Assembly: GCA_951406725.2 (NCBI GenBank)
Contig: OX597825.1
Coordinates: 9,424,001-9,488,000, forward strand
Reading direction: 5' to 3'
DNA length: 64,000 bases
DNA from: Octopus vulgaris
Taxonomy: Eukaryota
A program made the position numbers and the translations under genes. Shown here one piece after another: positions 58,437-64,000 of the stretch. The notes beneath the pieces were generated by a model. That model searched no databases and had not been told where the DNA came from. It saw only the letters and a program-made list of their open reading frames with translations. Within the stretch, counting starts at the first letter, position 1, and the number at the start of each line of letters is the position of its first letter.

Positions 58437-58621
58437 TCAGACAGACAGACCGGCAGATAGACAGACTGACAGACAGATTGATAGAAAGACAGATAGATAG
58501 ATAGAGAGAGAGATATAATATATCTAGACGGGTACTGTTCGTGCACTCAGTTATAACCTAAATTGTGTTTAATCGCATCTCTCTCTTTCTCTCTCTCTCT
58601 CCCTATCTATCTATCTATCTA

Positions 58622-58721
<100 letters not shown>

Positions 58722-58728
58722 CATATAC

Positions 58729-58802
<74 letters not shown>

Positions 58803-59249
58803 TATAATACGTACATATACGTATATATATATACATATGAATATACACACATGAAAGGCAGGAATGAGTAGTTAGTTTTTGTTGTTATTGCTAGTGTTCA
58901 TTCAAGCAAATACGTAGATAGAAATGCAAGAATTCCGCTATGTATGGGAACACGAGCTACAGATACGTTATATTCAGTGTTTTATAATAAAAGATTGCGT
59001 TTAAGAATATCTTCAGCTGAAGAATAGTTTTGATTTTAACGTGCTGGATTCGTAGATAAAAACGTCTTTTATTTCATGTTCATGTACTTTTCAGTGAAAA
59101 TGTAAATTTTTCATCGGTAGCTGAGAAATTCATAAAAAAAATCTATAGATCTCTTACACAACTTAGTGGGTTATTATGTATATATATATAAGTTGTGAAT
59201 TAAATACATATATATAAATGCATTTGAGCCTCAACATATAACAAATATA

Positions 59250-59306
<57 letters not shown>

Positions 59307-60148
59307 GCATATATACAGATATACATACATAAATAAATACATAGATAAAAATATATCTACATACGTACATACTTACACACATGTACAAGATACAAATATT
59401 TCCTCCTACATGTGATGATAAACATAGCTACATTACATATAATGCATACATACGGCCACATACACATACACATACACGAACATATAAAAACTTACAAATA
59501 CACACACAATATACATTAATATATACATTTTTGTTTGTGTATAAAAATATATACGTAATCATATGAATATATTTCATGACCAGTGTAGGGTACCATATAA
59601 AAATAAAAATTAGAAACCGACTGCACGTAAGTGTTGCGAAGAAAAATTATTGGCATATTCCTAAAGATAAGATCCACCACTATACATATTCCCACACACA
59701 CCATGCCACACAAACACACACACACACAGATACACACACTTACTCACAAATGTATGGGTGTGTATGTGTCTGTGTGCACACGCACGTGTACATGTGTGTG
59801 TGTGTGTGTAACATACGTGACACATGTGCGAGAACGTATGTATAAGTAAAAAGACTATCTGGTGTACACACAGATATGTAGATGTATGCAAACACGTAGG
59901 CGTTCATTCTCGTATACAAATAAAAGTGTATGTATGTGAGTGAGTAGAAATATACACACATAAACAGAAATAGGGATGAAAATCTACATGAACGCACACT
60001 TGCACAGATGCATACTAACATGCGCGCGCGTGTGTGTGTGCGTCTGAGTGCCCTTGCATAAAAAAACAGAATATTATCTCTATATATATAAAACTGAGAA
60101 TGTATATATATATGTATGTATGTATGTATCTATCTATGTATGTATGTA

Positions 60149-60379
60149 TTTCTTTACTACCCACAAGGGGCTAAACATAGAGGGGACAAACAAAGACAGA
60201 CGAAGGGATTAAGTCGATTACATCGACCCCAGTGCGTAACTGGTACTTAATTTATCGACCCCGGAAGGATGAATGGCAAAGTCGACCTCGGCGGAATTTG
60301 AACTCGGAACGTAACGACAGACGAAATACGGCAACGTGTTTCGCCCGGCGTGCAAACGTTTCTGCCAGCTCGCCGCCTT
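60149..60379 (-). mobile_element. SINE family A inside (TATG)n
   Basis: Full-length match. Confidence 0.9.
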
Positions 60380-60513
60380 CAATGTATGTATGTATGTATG
60401 TATGTATGTATGTATGTATGTATGTATGTATGTATGTATGTATAGCTTTGAGTCAACCAAAGCCCTGTGAGTGGATTTGGTAGACGGAAACTGAAAGACT
60501 CTCATCGAATATA

Positions 60514-60591
<78 letters not shown>

Positions 60592-60740
60592 TACAACTTA
60601 TAAATAAGGCCAAACAAAAAAATTTCTAATGCCAAATATGCCGAAACTAGACACATTGTCCATAACCATAAAATTTAACACAATAAGCACGCCACTCGAA
60701 AAAGGTCGACAGAAATTTCTAAAAAATTCCGTTATTACCA

Positions 60741-60793
60741 TATCAGACGGATTTCAGGGTTAGTTCATAAAAACCCTCCCTTCGTCAGTGATA
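60741..60793 (-). ncRNA. minimal type I hammerhead ribozyme motif (family H3)
   Basis: Minus strand TATCA-CTGACGA-AGGG...CCCT-GAAA-TCC-GTC-TGATA: perfect 5-bp stem I, stem II of at least 4 bp, GUC cleavage triplet. Confidence 0.68.
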
Positions 60794-60919
60794 AATGCGG
60801 CAAAGAAATAAATGAAATACTTACTCATACCCATGGAAGAAACAAACACTAAATCATGAGCACAACTAAGTACCCCAAATATAAGCAAAATAGTATTTTT
60901 CTCCAGTCCATTAGATGTA

Positions 60920-61210
60920 AATACATTAAATTTACTAAATATTGGGGGCCTGTTGCATCAAAATAGAAACAAAATTTCTTTCCTGAGAGAGCTTACTGCA
61001 TGCAATCAAGCCCTATGCATAGCACTTGTGGAAACTCACCTCAACCCTGGATATTATCGGATAATATCGATATTTAAATATCGATATTATCAAGTTGCCC
61101 GCATGGGAAAATATACCATACAAAGGTAATAATTTTTTACAACTAAAAATAAGGGTGTCTGAGGGACACCACCATGCCGAAATAGCAGTCATATCCCTGA
61201 CTCTAAAGAC
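60920..61210 (+). mobile_element. APE-type LINE endonuclease relic
   Basis: LNLLNIGGLLHQNRNKISFLRELTACNQALCIALVETHLNP matches the N-terminal EEP motifs (N..GL, L.ETH). Confidence 0.65.
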
Positions 61211-61437
61211 CACTTTAAATGTTCATATCGCACCATGAGATAAGACAGAGGGTCAAAATAGACTTGCAAAAGGATATTACTGAATAATTCAAGATCCTGG
61301 ATTTCTAGCTTTGCTAGAAAAGCTAGCAAATCTAGAAATCTAGGATCTTGAATTATTCAGTAATATATTTTTGCAAGTCTATTTTGTCCCTCTGTCTTAT
61401 CTCATGGTGCGATATGAACATTTAAGGTGGTTTTTAG
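61203..61437. repeat. fold-back palindrome, ~115-bp arms, 5-nt loop
   Basis: Arms 61203-61317 and 61323-61437 are reverse complements with a few mismatches. Confidence 0.93.
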
Positions 61438-61609
61438 TTATACATATATATATATTTATTTATATGTATATACACATACATACATATACATTTATGCACA
61501 CATACATATACATATATAATGGTATAAATAGCGAGAGAGAGATATGGTATGATAAGATTTATTTAACCATTTAAATTTGAATAATTTAAATTTTAAATTT
61601 TATATTTTA

Positions 61610-61798
61610 TATATATTTAGTATATTATATTAATTATATTTATTTTTTGTTTTTTATGTTTTGGCTTATGTCTATCACTGAGTTGCCTAATAGTGGTTTT
61701 ATCTCTAATTTAATTTATATTTATACTGTGAAATTTGATTTAATCCTAAATCTAATTTTTCCCTGTAAGTTTGGATATACACCCTAATATTATTAATA
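61610..61798 (+). mobile_element. 3' part of family H2 repeat
   Basis: GCCTAATAGTGGTTTTATCTCTAATTTAAT...TTTTTCCCTGTAAGTTTGGAT...CCCTAATATT also occurs at 49444-49555; both copies end at (TA)n. Confidence 0.75.
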
Positions 61799-61808
61799 TA
61801 TATATATA

Positions 61809-62015
61809 GTTAATCCAAGCATGAAGAAAGAGAAATCACAGCAACGCGAGGACGTGGATCAAGTATAGTGTTATTGGACGCCCAGGAAACGAAAGAAAGA
61901 AGGAGGATTTAACGTTTCGAGCGGAGCTCTTTCGTCAGAAACATAGAAAAAAAGGAAAGATCCAATGAAGGGAAGACGGAGAAAGAAAATCGCCAACGTA
62001 ACATACGCTGTCACA
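61809..62015 (-). mobile_element. family H1 hammerhead-bearing repeat, second copy
   Basis: Homologous to 27141-27358; hammerhead motif TGTTT-CTGACGA-AA-GAGC tcc GCTC-GAAACGTT-AAAT at 61907-61943(-). Confidence 0.7.
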
Positions 62016-62405
62016 TATATATATGTTCTAAAATATTTTTGTTTCATTATAATTAATGTGAAAAGGGTTGTCCATAAAGTTTAATAGAATTTCCGTGCAG
62101 TGTAGAAAGTCCTTGATAGGAATCTATAACAAGACAAATTTGTTTGAGATCCCCTGTTTCAACTCCTTAATCACCAGCTAATGTGAGAGTTGCAGCCTTC
62201 TATCCAATTACTCTCCGAGATGAATATTTAATTACTCTCTGACATCAAGGAAATTATATTTTTCGGATTATAGACACCCATTCTCGGAGTTCAAACGGTT
62301 CTAATATGTACACCTGCATAACATTTCGATTCGGTGCAATTGATCTACAATCATTAACGAGTGTCATATTCCCATTGTGTGTGCGCGTGTGTGTGAGTGT
62401 GTGCA

Positions 62406-62441
<36 letters not shown>

Positions 62442-62692
62442 TGTGTATATATGAGTGTGTATATGTACATATATATGTGTGTGTGTGTATATATGAGTGT
62501 GTATATGTACATATATATGTGTGTGTGTGTATATATATATATATACATATATATGTATATATATATATGTATATATATATATAATGTATATATATATATA
62601 TATGTATGTATATATGTATATATGTATATATATATAAATATATATATACATATATTTATATATATATATATACATATATATGTATATATATA

Positions 62693-62750
<58 letters not shown>

Positions 62751-62754
62751 CATT

Positions 62755-62965
62755 CAATGCATCCTTATCCTCTATTACTTCTGCTCGTGATCGGAGATGC
62801 ACATATCGCCAGCCACTAAGGGACATACTCAATAGGTTAAGGTCAAGCAACTGACAAGCAAATCCGTGGTATTGAGCAGAATATTTGCTGCAGCCCATCT
62901 CTTATACTAAGACAAAATATTCATTTCCAATTATTTGAGATCAGAAGCCATGAGAGCCAGTGGCT
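62755..62965. mobile_element. interspersed repeat fragment
   Basis: GTATTGAGCAGAATATTT...AGCCCATCT...AAGACAAAA is shared with 39922-39975. Confidence 0.55.
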
Positions 62966-62984
62966 AGTAACGTACCATCGTAAA

Positions 62985-63245
62985 GGAACATGAGTCGGTT
63001 GCAGGGGGTAAAATCAATGCCGACAAATCGATGGATTTGCGTTTCGGCTCCTGGAGAGGCAGGAAGATGCCATCAGACGGCGTAGTCGGACGCTGGGCCG
63101 ACGGACCTGCTAAAGTGTTCGGGGTCTGCTTTGGTTCCGACCTCCAGGTTGTTTAATGACTAGGACGAAATGGCGAACAGGGTGGCCAGTCTTACCCAGA
63201 AATGGTCTAAAAGAAAGCCGTCCCTGAAAAGTCGGGTGAATGTCG
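62985..63245 (+). mobile_element. L1/Tx1-clade LINE RT relic
   Basis: ESVAGGKINADKSMDLRFGSWRG...RWADGPAKVFGVCFGSDLQ (RT domains 6-7); same family as 43765-44460. Confidence 0.75.
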
Positions 63246-63399
63246 AAAACATTTGTAACCGTACAAACCTAATTTAACGACTTACAGAAAAAAAAGAGAG
63301 CGTTCAATTTTTGATTGTAATTTAATATATGAGTGCGTGACATTTTGATATATATGCATAAACGTATGTAAATACATACATACGTACATACATACATAA

Positions 63400-63462
<63 letters not shown>

Positions 63463-64000
63463 TGTATGTGTGTGTGTATACGTGTATGAGTGTACGTGTG
63501 TTTGGAGGTGGTGTTGTAGATATAATTATTTATGTTGATATTTGTACTTGTTATTCGTTTTATCATTTTAGCTTGTTTTGTTTCAGTGTATACATATGTT
63601 TCTGTCATATTTTTGAGACTCTACGCGTCTAAAAAAAGAAAAAAGTAAAACAAATGAAATGTTAGATGTAAATTTTGTCTGATACAAAAGAAAGTGGTAT
63701 ACAATAGAAGTCTAACAAATAAACATATATACACACATATAAACAAAAGATTTGAAACAATAGGAAGATAATAGCAGAGGAAAAAAAGTTTCGACTTATT
63801 TCGTTGCTTGAACTGATCTGTTGATAATATGAAACATAGGATAATGCTTAATTAAATTATATAATTTAGTTAATTAGAATTTCTAGGGAAACAACAACTC
63901 GTCTCTCACCGACAGATAAAGAAATAAGTAAAGAAATAAACAGATAAAGAAAGTACTAAAAATAATAATTTAAATATACTAAAAACAAATATAAAATGTA

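Overview
AT-rich eukaryotic DNA saturated with (TA)n, (TAGA)n, (TTA)n, (TACA)n and (GAA)n microsatellites and tRNA-derived SINEs. The repeat landscape looks like an octopus (coleoid cephalopod) intron or intergenic region; this assignment is an inference. I found no credible host exon, and almost all ORFs in the track are microsatellite artefacts. Recognisable content: three or more tRNA-SINE families (some multimeric or module-swapped); about a dozen decayed R4/Dong-like restriction-endonuclease LINE fragments, many embedded in (TAA)n tracts; L1/Tx1 and APE-LINE relics; a mariner 5' fragment and a mariner-type MITE; a hAT MITE with an 8-bp TSD; and Helitron-like pieces. The most notable signals are four minimal type-I hammerhead ribozyme motifs in three short repeat families next to (TA)n (Penelope pLTR or retrozyme-like), one inside an interleaved A-B-A'-B' inverted repeat whose breakpoint lies in the ribozyme; a ~620-bp inverted repeat with an identity gradient; a SINE-derived 34-bp minisatellite; and a ~235-bp fold-back palindrome. 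All alignments, folds and translations were done by eye, so coordinates are approximate.
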